NCBI GenBank assembly: GCA_904395905.1
Contig: CAJFNZ010000116.1
Coordinates: 1-63,313 of the forward strand
Direction of reading: 5' to 3'
From: an uncultured Oscillospiraceae bacterium
GTDB lineage: Bacteria > Bacillota > Clostridia > Oscillospirales > Oscillospiraceae
DNA: 63,313 nucleotides
Translations under genes and position numbers: made by a program
Notes under the pieces: model-generated
Told to the model about the DNA's origin: nothing
What the model saw: only the letters and a program-made list of their open reading frames with translations
Database searches by the model: none
Part shown: piece after piece, positions 27,895 to 36,994 of the stretch
Position numbering within the stretch: position 1 is the first letter of the stretch
Layout of the letters: every line of letters begins with the position of its first letter

Positions 27895-28901
27895 GCGAAC
27901 CCCAGAAGCTGACGAAACAGCAGAAGGCGGCCGCCGTGATTATCTCCCTGGGAACGGACAAGGCATCCCAGCTGTACCAGTATATGACGCCTGAGGATGT
28001 GGAGCAGATTACGCTGGAGGTGGCCAAGCTGGGCTACCTGGACGCCGGCGTGACCGAGGATGTGCTCAACGAGTACTACCAGATGTGCATGACCAACAAG
28101 GCCGTCACGGAAGGTGGGCTGGAGTATGCCCGGGCGGTGCTGGAGAAGGCGTTTGGCCAGCAGACAGCCGAAAATCTCCTGGAGAAGGTCACCAAATCCC
28201 TGAAGAACCGGGAGTTTTCCTTCCTCAACAAAGCCGATGAGAAGTCCCTCTACGCGGCCCTCCAGCACGAGCGGCCCCAGACCATCGCGCTGGTGCTCTC
28301 CTACGTGGACGCCGACAAGGCGGCCGCTGTCATTGAGGAGCTGGACAGTGAGCGCCAGGTGAAGGTCGTGGAGAACATCGCCCGGATGGAGAGCGCCTCG
28401 CCCATGGCCGTCAAAATTGTGGAGGCGGAGATGGAGAAGCGGTTTGCCAACCTGATGACTGCCAACAACATCAAGGTGGGCGGCGTGGACTACGTGGCCA
28501 GCATCATGAACAATCTGGACCGCTCCAGCGAGAAAAACATCTTCGACAGCCTCTCGTCGTACAACGAGGAGCTGGCCGAGGAGATCCGCAAGCGGATGTT
28601 CGTCTTCGAGGACATCGTCACCATGGACGACCGCTCCATCCAGCGCTTCGTCCGGGACTGCGACCCGCGGGACCTGGTGCTGGCCCTCAAGGGCGCCAAC
28701 AGCGATGTGGCCAACAAGATTTTCTCCAATATGTCCACCCGTATGGCCCAGAGTATCCGCGAGGACCTGGAGGTCACCACCAACGTCCGTATCCGCGACG
28801 TGGAGGAGGCCCAGCAGCGGATTGTGGGCATCATCCGGGATCTGGAGGAGCGCAACGAGCTGATTATCCTCAAGGGAGGAAAGGACGATATCATTGCCTA
28901 A
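27891..28901 (+). CDS. fliG: Flagellar motor switch protein
   Basis: 'QKAAAVIISLG', 'GGLEYA', 'HERPQTIALVLSY', 'MFVFEDI'. Confidence 0.97.
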   Translation: MSEPQKLTKQQKAAAVIISLGTDKASQLYQYMTPEDVEQITLEVAKLGYLDAGVTEDVLNEYYQMCMTNKAVTEGGLEYARAVLEKAFGQQTAENLLEKVTKSLKNREFSFLNKADEKSLYAALQHERPQTIALVLSYVDADKAAAVIEELDSERQVKVVENIARMESASPMAVKIVEAEMEKRFANLMTANNIKVGGVDYVASIMNNLDRSSEKNIFDSLSSYNEELAEEIRKRMFVFEDIVTMDDRSIQRFVRDCDPRDLVLALKGANSDVANKIFSNMSTRMAQSIREDLEVTTNVRIRDVEEAQQRIVGIIRDLEERNELIILKGGKDDIIA

Positions 28902-29715
28902 CATCTTCAAGAACTTCCTCAAGCCGGCCTTTGACAATTACGTCTTTCCCGATGCCGAGGAGCTGGAGGTGGAGGAGGACGAGCCTGTCCCCCCGGAGCC
29001 GCCGCCCGAGCCGGAGGAGCCGGAGGCGGAGGAGGAGCCTGCCGAGCCGGAACCGTCTTCGGAACCCCAGTCCGGCGCCGAAGCGCTGATTTCCTACGCC
29101 CGGATCCAGGCCGATGAGATTATGGCCGACGCCCGTCGGCGGGGCGACGCCCTGCTGGAGCAGATGCGCCAGGAGGCCCAGGCCCAGCTGGATGCCGAAC
29201 GGGAGGAGGCCCGCGATGCGGGCTACCGCCAGGGCTACGGCGAGGGGCTGGCCCAGGGCCGCCAGGACGCCGCCGCCCAGACCCAGGAGCAGCTCCGCCA
29301 GGAGGCGGGCCGGGTCGAGCAGTTTCTGACGGCGGCCACCGCCGCCCGGGAGGAGCTCCTGGAGGGCGCCCGGGAGGAGCTGTGCGACTTGAGCCTGGCC
29401 ATTGCCGAGAAGGTCATCCATGTGAGCCTGCGGAGCAGCCGGGAGGTGGTGGCCCGGATGATTCAGGTGGCCACCGAGAAGCTCAAGCGCCGGGAGTGGG
29501 TCCATGTCTACGTGGGCGGCTGTGAGGCCAAGGATGTGGCCCAGATTGCCCCCCAGCTGACGGCGGCCCTCTCCGGCCTCTCCGACCACATCAAAATCAT
29601 TCCCATGGCCGGCGACGAGGAGGGCACGTGCATCATCGAGATGCCCGATGAGATTATCGACGCCAGCGCCTCGACCCAGCTGAACAACATCCGGGACCTC
29701 CTTCACGGAGGCTGA
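28894..29715 (+). CDS. fliH: Flagellar assembly protein
   Basis: Acidic Pro-rich N-terminus, GxxxG repeats 'GYRQGYGEGLAQG', 'GTCIIE...IIDAS'. Lies between fliG and fliI. Confidence 0.9.
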   Translation: MPNIFKNFLKPAFDNYVFPDAEELEVEEDEPVPPEPPPEPEEPEAEEEPAEPEPSSEPQSGAEALISYARIQADEIMADARRRGDALLEQMRQEAQAQLDAEREEARDAGYRQGYGEGLAQGRQDAAAQTQEQLRQEAGRVEQFLTAATAAREELLEGAREELCDLSLAIAEKVIHVSLRSSREVVARMIQVATEKLKRREWVHVYVGGCEAKDVAQIAPQLTAALSGLSDHIKIIPMAGDEEGTCIIEMPDEIIDASASTQLNNIRDLLHGG

Positions 29716-29739
29716 CCCACCGATTGACAGGCGGCATGT

Positions 29740-31041
29740 ATGTTTGAAGAGCAGATCCGACAGATCAAGAAGGCTGAAACCATCAGTTACACCGGAAAAA
29801 TTGAGAATATCGTCGGTATGTCCATCGAGGCCTCCGGCGGCCGGGCGGCCATCGGCGACATCTGCCAGATCTACAACGGCGAATCCGGCGGCCAGGTCAT
29901 GGCCGAGGTGGTGGGCTTCAAAAACGACCACATGCTGCTGATGCCCTATTCCAACATGAGCGGCATCTCCGCGGGCAATTTCGTCCGCAACACCGGCCGG
30001 CGGCTGAGCCTCAATATGGGGCTGTTCCTCAAGGGGCGGGTCATCAACGCCCTGGGCCAGCCCATTGACGGCAAGGGCCCGTTCCCGCGGGGGGAGTCCT
30101 TCTGCGTGGAGCGGAGCGAGTACATCAGCCCCCTGGCCCGGCCGCCCATCCGGGAGCGGATGGAGTTCGGCGTCAAGGCCATCGACAGTATGCTGACCAT
30201 CGGCAAGGGCCAGCGTATCGGCATCTTTGCCGGCTCCGGCGTCGGCAAGAGCACCCTGATGGGCATGATTGCCAAGAACGTCAAGGCCGACATCAACGTC
30301 ATTGCCCTGGTGGGCGAGCGCGGCCGTGAGGTGCTCGAGTTCATGGAGAAGGACCTGGGCCCCGAGGGCATGGCCCGCTCCATCCTGGTGGTGGCCACCT
30401 CGGACCAGCCGGCCATGCTCCGCAAGCAGTGCCCGTCGGTGGCCACCGGCGTGGCCGAGTTCTTCCGGGACCAGGGCTACGACGTGCTGCTGATGATGGA
30501 CTCCCTGACCCGGTTCGCCATGGCCCAGCGGGAAATTGGCCTGGCCGTGGGGGAGCCGCCGGTGGCCCGGGGCTACACCCCCTCCATCTACGCGGAGATG
30601 CCCAAGCTCTTGGAGCGCAGCGGCAACTTCCAGCGGGGCTCCATCACCGGGGTCTATACGGTCTTGGTGGAGGGCGACGACACCAACGAACCCATCTCCG
30701 ACACGGTCCGCGGCATCCTGGACGGCCATATCGTCCTCTCCCGCCGCCTGGCCAACAGCAGCCACTTCCCGGCCATCGACATTGGCGCCAGCATCTCCCG
30801 TCTGATGAACGACATCGTCTCCGACGAGCACCGCCACCTGGCGGCGCGGATCCGGGATGTGCTGGCCGTCTACGAGCGCAATTCCGACCTGGTGTCCATC
30901 GGCGCCTACAAGGCCGGCACCAACCCGAAACTGGACTATGCCCTGAGCAAGATTGACGGCATCAACGGCTTCCTGACCCAGGGCGTGGACGAGGCGTTCT
31001 CCTATGAGGAGGACCTGGAGCTGATGCGGAAACTTCTGTAA
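29740..31041 (+). CDS. fliI: Flagellar export ATPase
   Basis: 'GQRIGIFAGSGVGKST', 'VGERGREV', 'MDSLTRFAMAQRE', 'IGAYKAG'. Confidence 0.97.
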   Translation: MFEEQIRQIKKAETISYTGKIENIVGMSIEASGGRAAIGDICQIYNGESGGQVMAEVVGFKNDHMLLMPYSNMSGISAGNFVRNTGRRLSLNMGLFLKGRVINALGQPIDGKGPFPRGESFCVERSEYISPLARPPIRERMEFGVKAIDSMLTIGKGQRIGIFAGSGVGKSTLMGMIAKNVKADINVIALVGERGREVLEFMEKDLGPEGMARSILVVATSDQPAMLRKQCPSVATGVAEFFRDQGYDVLLMMDSLTRFAMAQREIGLAVGEPPVARGYTPSIYAEMPKLLERSGNFQRGSITGVYTVLVEGDDTNEPISDTVRGILDGHIVLSRRLANSSHFPAIDIGASISRLMNDIVSDEHRHLAARIRDVLAVYERNSDLVSIGAYKAGTNPKLDYALSKIDGINGFLTQGVDEAFSYEEDLELMRKLL

Positions 31042-31056
31042 AAGGCGGTGTGCGCG

Positions 31057-31509
31057 GTGAAAAAGTTTCAGTTTTCCCTGGATACCGTACTGCGTTACAA
31101 GCAGCAGATCCTCGACAGCTGCCAAAATCAATACGCGGCCGCCATGGAACGGGTGCGCCGACAGGAGCAGCGGCTCCGTCAGGCGGAGCAGGATTACCGC
31201 GATTGGAATCGAGAGTTCCGGCAAGAGGAGGCCAAAGGCATCTCCATTGCCGATGCGATGAAATATGAAAACGGACTGCGGGTCCTGGAGGCCCGCATCC
31301 AGCAGGAGGAGGCCCGTCTGGCGCAGCTCCAGGCCGAGGCCGAGGAGAAGCGACGGCAGCTGATTGCCGCCCGGCAGGACACCGCGTCCCTGGAGAAGCT
31401 GCGCGACCACAAGCTGGAACTCTATCAGAAGGTCGTCCAGAAACAGGACGAACAGTTCATCGACGAGCTGGTCTCTACCAACCGCGTCATGGCCGGCCAG
31501 TCGTCGTGA
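31057..31509 (+). CDS. fliJ: Flagellar export protein
   Basis: 'KKFQFSLDTVL', coiled coil, 'LEKLRD...EQFIDE'. Confidence 0.92.
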   Translation: MKKFQFSLDTVLRYKQQILDSCQNQYAAAMERVRRQEQRLRQAEQDYRDWNREFRQEEAKGISIADAMKYENGLRVLEARIQQEEARLAQLQAEAEEKRRQLIAARQDTASLEKLRDHKLELYQKVVQKQDEQFIDELVSTNRVMAGQSS

Positions 31510-31540
31510 ACGGATCCCTTGGAAAGGAGGTGACGATACG

Positions 31541-32734
31541 ATGAATCCAACAGAGCTTTGGCTCCAGATGACCATGGCCGCCACCCAGCTGAATCAGGCC
31601 ATGATGGCCATGGGCAGCACGGCTTCGGGCAGTGCGGCGTCCTCCGGAAGCAGCTTCCAGGAGATGCTGGAGGACAAGCGGACGCAGGCCTCCGGCGGTG
31701 AGACCGCCGAGCGGCCGGAAAATCAGCCGCAGAAGCCTGCGTCGGAGAAACCGGCCGATTCCCAGGAGGGGACGGAGGCCGCCGACGGCCAGGTGCAGAA
31801 GCCCCAGACGGGGGAGAAGCTCCCGGACGCCGTGGCGGCGCTGGGCGCGGCGCTGGTACTGCCGACGCCTGTGCAGCCGACCGCGGAAGCGGCTCCGGTC
31901 CCCGAGGACGCGGCTTTTTTGCCGATGACAGCGACAGATCCGGCCATTCCGGCGGCTGTGGCTGCGGAACAGCCGATTTACACGGCGGAGCCGGCGGCAG
32001 CGGCCCTGCAGCCGGCCGCGGCGGATGTGCGTCCCCAGACGGCGGACGGGCAGCCGGTTTTGCAGAAGCCTGCCGTGCAGACGGCGGAACCCGCAGCCAA
32101 TCCCGTGCAGCCGGAGGCGGCGCAGCCGGCGGACCGGCCGGCGCAGCCCGCGGAGAACCGGCCGGAGGGCCAGACGGCCCGGCAGGATGCTGAGAGCCTT
32201 CCCCAGGCGGCGGTGCTGGCGCAGGCCGAGCCGACGGATACGCCCGTCTTTGCCGAGGCGGAGGTCCAGCCGGTGAAGGTGGGCGACGGCGCCGTCCTGG
32301 ACACGGAGTCCCCGCAGATGGACACCCAACTGCGGCAAACGGTGGAAGTGGCCCTGGACGCCGGCGCGCAGAAGGTGGAAATCCGCCTCCAGCCGGAGAG
32401 CCTGGGGCGCGTTGTGGTGGAGATGACCCGCAGTGACGCCGGTATTCTCCATGTGGTCCTGCACACGGAGAACGAGCGGGCGGCCAACCTGCTCCGGGAC
32501 CATGCCGGGACGCTGGGGATGATGCTCCAGGGCGGCGGCCAGGGGGAGGTCCACGTGGAAGTGACCCAGCCCCAGGAGCGGCAGCAGTTTTGGCAGCAGC
32601 AGCCCGGGCAGCACGGCAATTCTCAGGAGCAGTCCCAGCAGCAACAGCAGCAGCGGCCGCGGCAGGAGGAGGCGGAGAAGTTCCTCCATCAGCTTCGGCT
32701 GGGCCTGGTTCAACTGGAGGAACTGGGCGCTTGA
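31541..32734 (+). CDS. fliK: Flagellar hook-length control protein
   Basis: P/A/Q-rich disordered N-terminus, C-terminal 'VEIRLQPESLGRVVVEM', poly-Q tail. Strong AAAGGAGGTG RBS; lies between fliJ and flgD. Confidence 0.9.
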   Translation: MNPTELWLQMTMAATQLNQAMMAMGSTASGSAASSGSSFQEMLEDKRTQASGGETAERPENQPQKPASEKPADSQEGTEAADGQVQKPQTGEKLPDAVAALGAALVLPTPVQPTAEAAPVPEDAAFLPMTATDPAIPAAVAAEQPIYTAEPAAAALQPAAADVRPQTADGQPVLQKPAVQTAEPAANPVQPEAAQPADRPAQPAENRPEGQTARQDAESLPQAAVLAQAEPTDTPVFAEAEVQPVKVGDGAVLDTESPQMDTQLRQTVEVALDAGAQKVEIRLQPESLGRVVVEMTRSDAGILHVVLHTENERAANLLRDHAGTLGMMLQGGGQGEVHVEVTQPQERQQFWQQQPGQHGNSQEQSQQQQQQRPRQEEAEKFLHQLRLGLVQLEELGA

Positions 32735-32753
32735 AAGGATGTGAAACGTTTCT

Positions 32754-33326
32754 GTGAACACGGAGTTTATGCCAACCTCTCTGGAGAGCCTGTACAGCAC
32801 CCAGTCGGCGCTGCGGACGTCCGGCGGCGCGCTGACGGCGGAAGAGCTGGAGAAGATGGGCATCGAAGTGAAACAGCCCGGGGAGGACTTGGGCCTCGAC
32901 TTCACAGACTACCTGCAGCTGATGATTCAGCAGCTGCAAAATCAGACCATCGACAATGCCACCGATACCACGGATATGCTCAACCAGCTGGTGCAGATGT
33001 CGGTGGTGCAGATGATGTCCACGGTGCAGACGACGATTGAGACCCTGGTGGACGCCAGCACCCTCTCCTACGCGGCGTCGCTGGTGGGCAAGACGGTCAC
33101 CGTGGCCAAGTACGACGACGAGGGAAATCTGCAGGAGGTTGTCGGTACGGTCACCGGTACGGGAAGCTACCAAAACACGCCCGTCATCTTTGTGGATGGC
33201 GAGATGTACGCCCTGAGCGACATCATGGCGGTGGGCACCCTGCCGGAGCTTCCCGAGACGCCGCCGGAGACCGGCGAAGGGGGAGACGGCTCCTCCGACG
33301 GGGGCCAAGAGACCCCGGCGCCCTGA
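32754..33326 (+). CDS. flgD: Flagellar hook capping protein
   Basis: 'DYLQLMIQQLQNQ...D...MLNQLVQMS', 'AASLVGKTV'. Confidence 0.9.
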   Translation: MNTEFMPTSLESLYSTQSALRTSGGALTAEELEKMGIEVKQPGEDLGLDFTDYLQLMIQQLQNQTIDNATDTTDMLNQLVQMSVVQMMSTVQTTIETLVDASTLSYAASLVGKTVTVAKYDDEGNLQEVVGTVTGTGSYQNTPVIFVDGEMYALSDIMAVGTLPELPETPPETGEGGDGSSDGGQETPAP

Positions 33327-33360
33327 CGGCTCCTCTCAGGAGTTCCCCATTCGTTAGGAG

Positions 33361-33750
33361 GTGGATTCCGTGCTAGATTCCGCAGCATCCGTCCGGCAGG
33401 TGCGGCCGTCGGCGGAAACCGGCTTGCAGCGGTCAACCTCCGGTTCCGGCGGGCAAGGCGGGTTTGCCGCCGCGCTTCAGCAGGAGTTGGAGCGCACGCA
33501 GGTTGCGTTTTCCAAGCACGCCATGGCGCGGGCCCAGGAGCGGGGCATCGAGGTGACGCCGACGCTGTTGGACCGGCTGACCGATTCGGTCGAGCGGGCC
33601 CAGGCCAAGGGGGCCACCAACATTCTGGCCCTGGACGAGAGCCTGGCATTCATCATCAACGTGCCCCACGGCCGGGTCATTACCACCATGTCTCAGGATG
33701 AGATGAAGGAAAATATTTTTACGAACATCGATGGCGCCGTGCTTCTCTAA
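33361..33750 (+). CDS. Flagellar operon protein (TIGR02530-type)
   Basis: 'FSKHA..R..ERGI', 'A.AKG', 'AFIINV..RVIT.M', 'IFTNIDGAV'. Canonical position between flgD and flgE. Confidence 0.9.
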   Translation: MDSVLDSAASVRQVRPSAETGLQRSTSGSGGQGGFAAALQQELERTQVAFSKHAMARAQERGIEVTPTLLDRLTDSVERAQAKGATNILALDESLAFIINVPHGRVITTMSQDEMKENIFTNIDGAVLL

Positions 33751-33754
33751 GGGA

Positions 33755-33803
33755 CGGACAGGACCGCAAGGATGTCCGGCGGAGCTGCCCGATTGGCGGC
33801 TTC
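33755..33803 (+). promoter_or_regulatory. Structured leader (two hairpins) upstream of flgE
   Basis: cggaca-gga-cc-GCAA-gg-a-tgtccg, then ggagctgcc-cgatt-ggcggcttc. No U-tract. Confidence 0.5.
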
Positions 33804-33847
33804 CCGGCGGCGCATGACAACCGCGAAGACAAAAGGAGAATCATTTT

Positions 33848-34960
33848 ATGGCACTGACTGGAGCAATGAGCGCGGGAATTTCCGGCCTCAAGACCCATAT
33901 GGAGGCCTTGAACACCGTGGGCAACAACATTGCCAACGTGAATACCTACGGCTATAAGCCGGGCCGCGTGACATTTCTCGAGAGCATCTATTCCACGCAA
34001 TCTGCCGGTTCCGGCGGCACGGCCGTGGTGGGCAGCACCAATCCCCGCCAGACCGGCTACGGCGTCAGCATCGGCACCGTGGATCTGGACATGAGCACCC
34101 AGGCCCTGGAGTCCACCGGCCTGGCCACCGACCTGTTCATCCAGGGCGACGGCTTCTTCCTGGTGGGCCCGAAGATGGAGTCGATTACGAGCGCCGAGGA
34201 CGCCAAGCGGCTGAGCCTCTCCCGGGTGGGCAACTTCGAGTTCGGCCCCGACGGCTACCTCCATGACGGCCAGGGCAACGTGGTCTATGGGTTCCTGACG
34301 GCTAACACGAAAGCCGACGGCAGCCTCTCGGATACTGCCGGCACCAACGGTGACGCCATCAGCACCCACCTGGTGCCGATTCGGCTGCCCATGAAGGCCG
34401 TGGGCGATGCAACCGACCCCAACGCCACCCAGCCCGGCGAGGCCCTGTTCCCCGGCGTTGGCACGGATGGCTACAATGACTATCCGCAGGTGGGGACCAA
34501 TGCCGACGCTTCCACTGGCGACTTCATCGATTACAGCAGCCTGAAAATCGACGAGAACGGCCGCATCACCTGCGTCAACGACGACACCGAGGACCCCGTC
34601 ACCATCGGCTACATCGCCCTGGCCAAGGTGGACAACCCCAACGGCCTCCAGCACACCTCGGGCCCGTACTTCACCTGCGGCGACGCCGCCGGCGACATCA
34701 CCCTCAGCGCCCCCGGCAGTTCCGTCACCGGCTACCTGAATAACCAGGATGATTTGGGCGCCCAGGATTTGGATGAAGCCAACCGGCTGTCCAACGCCAG
34801 CAGCACCACGCTCCAGCCGGGCTTCCTGGAGGCCTCGGGCACCGACCTGGCCACGGAGTTCGCCAACATGATTATCTACCAGCGGGGCTACCAGGCCAAC
34901 ACCCGCATCGTCACCGTCACCGACTCCATGCTGGAGGAACTGGTGAACATGAAGCGCTAA
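33848..34960 (+). CDS. flgE: Flagellar hook protein
   Basis: 'GISGL...VGNNIANVNTYGYK..RVTF', 'DLFIQGDGFF', 'LEASGTDLATEFANMIIYQRGYQAN'. Confidence 0.95.
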   Translation: MALTGAMSAGISGLKTHMEALNTVGNNIANVNTYGYKPGRVTFLESIYSTQSAGSGGTAVVGSTNPRQTGYGVSIGTVDLDMSTQALESTGLATDLFIQGDGFFLVGPKMESITSAEDAKRLSLSRVGNFEFGPDGYLHDGQGNVVYGFLTANTKADGSLSDTAGTNGDAISTHLVPIRLPMKAVGDATDPNATQPGEALFPGVGTDGYNDYPQVGTNADASTGDFIDYSSLKIDENGRITCVNDDTEDPVTIGYIALAKVDNPNGLQHTSGPYFTCGDAAGDITLSAPGSSVTGYLNNQDDLGAQDLDEANRLSNASSTTLQPGFLEASGTDLATEFANMIIYQRGYQANTRIVTVTDSMLEELVNMKR

Positions 34961-35032
34961 GCCGCACAGCGGCGTCCGCCGCCGCGCCCCGGGCCTCCGG
35001 GGCGCCCGGCGGGCAAGGGGGAGGGCTATCCT

Positions 35033-35251
35033 GTGATTTTACTTCGAAAAATGAACGGCGAGCGGTTCCTGGTGAACCACAACCAGATTGAATGTATCGA
35101 GCTGATTCCCGAGTGTAAAGTGGTCATGATGAACCACGACTACTACCTGGTCAAGGATACGTCTGAGGAGATTATCCAGAAGATTGCCGAATACAACGCC
35201 AAAGTCCAGGACATCCACCGGGAAATCAGCGTCATAGACCGGCGCGGCTGA
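35033..35251 (+). CDS. flbD: Flagellar FlbD/SwrD family protein
   Basis: 'MILLRKMNG..F.VN..QIE.IE..P......N...Y.VK.T.EEI'. Lies between flgE and motA. Confidence 0.9.
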   Translation: MILLRKMNGERFLVNHNQIECIELIPECKVVMMNHDYYLVKDTSEEIIQKIAEYNAKVQDIHREISVIDRRG

Positions 35252-35296
35252 GCCTCGGTCCCCAGGGTGAACGAAAGATAAGAAGGGAATTAGCGT

Positions 35297-36118
35297 ATGA
35301 ACATCATGTACTTAGTGGGCGTCCTGCTGGCCGCGTTCTTCACGGTGTTTGGCATCGTCGCCACCATCTCCGGCGGCACGGTCACCATCGCCATGGAGAA
35401 TCTGGAGAACTTTTTCGACTTTTCCAGTATCCTCATCACCATTTGCGGTACCATTGCAGTCGTAATCGCCTGCTACCCGAAGCTGGCAAAGTCTTTCCCC
35501 AAGCACTTTGCGATTCTGCTGCGGGCGAAGGCCTTCGATCCCACGACGTACGTGGAGCAGCTGATTGAACTGGCGCAGATTGCCCGGAAGAATGGCCTGC
35601 TGGCCCTGGAAGAGAAGGCCAACACCCAGCCGGATCCGTTTTTTAAGCAGGCCATCATGCTCATCGTGGACGCCAACGACCCCGACCGGGTCCGCAGCAT
35701 TCTGGAGAACGATATTGAACAGACCTCGGCACGCCACCAAGAGGTGGTGGCCATGTACGAGCGGGGTTCCAACGCAGCGCCGGCCTTCGGTATGATTGGT
35801 ACCCTGATTGGCTTGATTAACATGCTGAAAAACCTCAGCGGTTCGGATTTGAGTTCCCTGGGCCCGGATATGTCGGTTGCCCTGATTACGACGTTCTACG
35901 GTTCGGTTCTGGCGCACGTGATATTCAACCCCATCGCCGCCAACCTGACGGCGCGGGATGAGGAGGAAATCCTCTGCCGCCAGATTATCGTAGAGGGCAT
36001 TATGGCCATCCAAGCCGGCGAGAACCCCAAGTTCCTGCGGGAGCGGCTCCTGACCTTCGTCAACCAGAAGATGCGCGACGAAAACGGCGAGGGCGGCAAG
36101 GGCCGCAGAAAAAAGTAA
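35297..36118 (+). CDS. motA: Stator A subunit (MotA/MotP/PomA family)
   Basis: 'ARKNGLLALEE', 'APAFGMIGTLIGL', 'ALITTFYG', 'EGIMAIQAGENP'. Confidence 0.96.
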   Translation: MNIMYLVGVLLAAFFTVFGIVATISGGTVTIAMENLENFFDFSSILITICGTIAVVIACYPKLAKSFPKHFAILLRAKAFDPTTYVEQLIELAQIARKNGLLALEEKANTQPDPFFKQAIMLIVDANDPDRVRSILENDIEQTSARHQEVVAMYERGSNAAPAFGMIGTLIGLINMLKNLSGSDLSSLGPDMSVALITTFYGSVLAHVIFNPIAANLTARDEEEILCRQIIVEGIMAIQAGENPKFLRERLLTFVNQKMRDENGEGGKGRRKK

Positions 36119-36154
36119 TCGTTTCCGTTACGATGCAAGGAGGCGGACCCCACT

Positions 36155-36967
36155 ATGAAACTTCCCAAAAAGAGTGGCGGCGGCGGTGCCAACTGGATGG
36201 ACACTTACGGCGACATGGTGACGTTGCTGCTGTGTTTCTTCGTAATGCTCTATTCCATGTCCAATGTGGATCAGAACAAATGGCTGGCGCTGGTGGGCTC
36301 GCTCAACCCCTATGAGGTGACGACGAACCAGCCCGGCGGGAACAACCCCGGCACACCGCCGGACGGGGCGCTGGTTTCGCAGTTCCCGGTCACCAATGCC
36401 GACATTGAAGCTGCGATGGATCAGCTCTACAACACCATGCAGTCCTACGTGCAGCAGGCCAACCTGGGCACCCAGGTGAGCATCGGGCGGGGCAACGGAT
36501 ACGTCTTCGTGTCCTTTGACGATACGGTGTTCTTCAACGGGGACAGCTACGATTTGCGGCCGGAAGGGCGCGAAATATTGGATCAAATCGCCGTGGCCCT
36601 GGATGAGGCCAGCGATTCCATCGATGAGATCCGGGTGCTGGGCCATACCGCCCAGTCCAGACCCAATCAGGAGAACAACGTGACGGCCGACCGCTTTTTG
36701 GCGTCCAACCGTGCCACGGTGGTCACCGTCTATTTACAGGAGAAAAATATCATTGACCCAGCCAAGCTGGTCAGTGTGGGATATGGTCAGTGGCGGCCGG
36801 TATCCAGCAATGAAACGCCGGAAACCCGGGCCAGAAACCGTCGCGTGGAATTGATTGTCACGGGACTTGACGTGGAGAATGAAGCGAACGACAGCATCAC
36901 ACAGTACTACACCATGCGGGAGAGCGCCGACGGAACGGCCGGTACGGATGCCAATGCCCCGTCGTGA
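36155..36967 (+). CDS. motB: Stator B subunit (MotB/MotS/PomB family)
   Basis: 'WMDTYGDMVTLLLCFFVMLY'; OmpA-like domain 'GHT', 'VGYG..RP', 'NRRVE'. Confidence 0.96.
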   Translation: MKLPKKSGGGGANWMDTYGDMVTLLLCFFVMLYSMSNVDQNKWLALVGSLNPYEVTTNQPGGNNPGTPPDGALVSQFPVTNADIEAAMDQLYNTMQSYVQQANLGTQVSIGRGNGYVFVSFDDTVFFNGDSYDLRPEGREILDQIAVALDEASDSIDEIRVLGHTAQSRPNQENNVTADRFLASNRATVVTVYLQEKNIIDPAKLVSVGYGQWRPVSSNETPETRARNRRVELIVTGLDVENEANDSITQYYTMRESADGTAGTDANAPS

Positions 36968-36994
36968 GTCCAACGCTGCCAGGGAGGGAAGAGG

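Noticed and set aside
32740-32755. Palindrome gaaacgtttc resembling parS
   Set aside because: Does not match the 16-bp TGTTTCACGTGAAACA consensus; it is a single copy in an RBS spacer.
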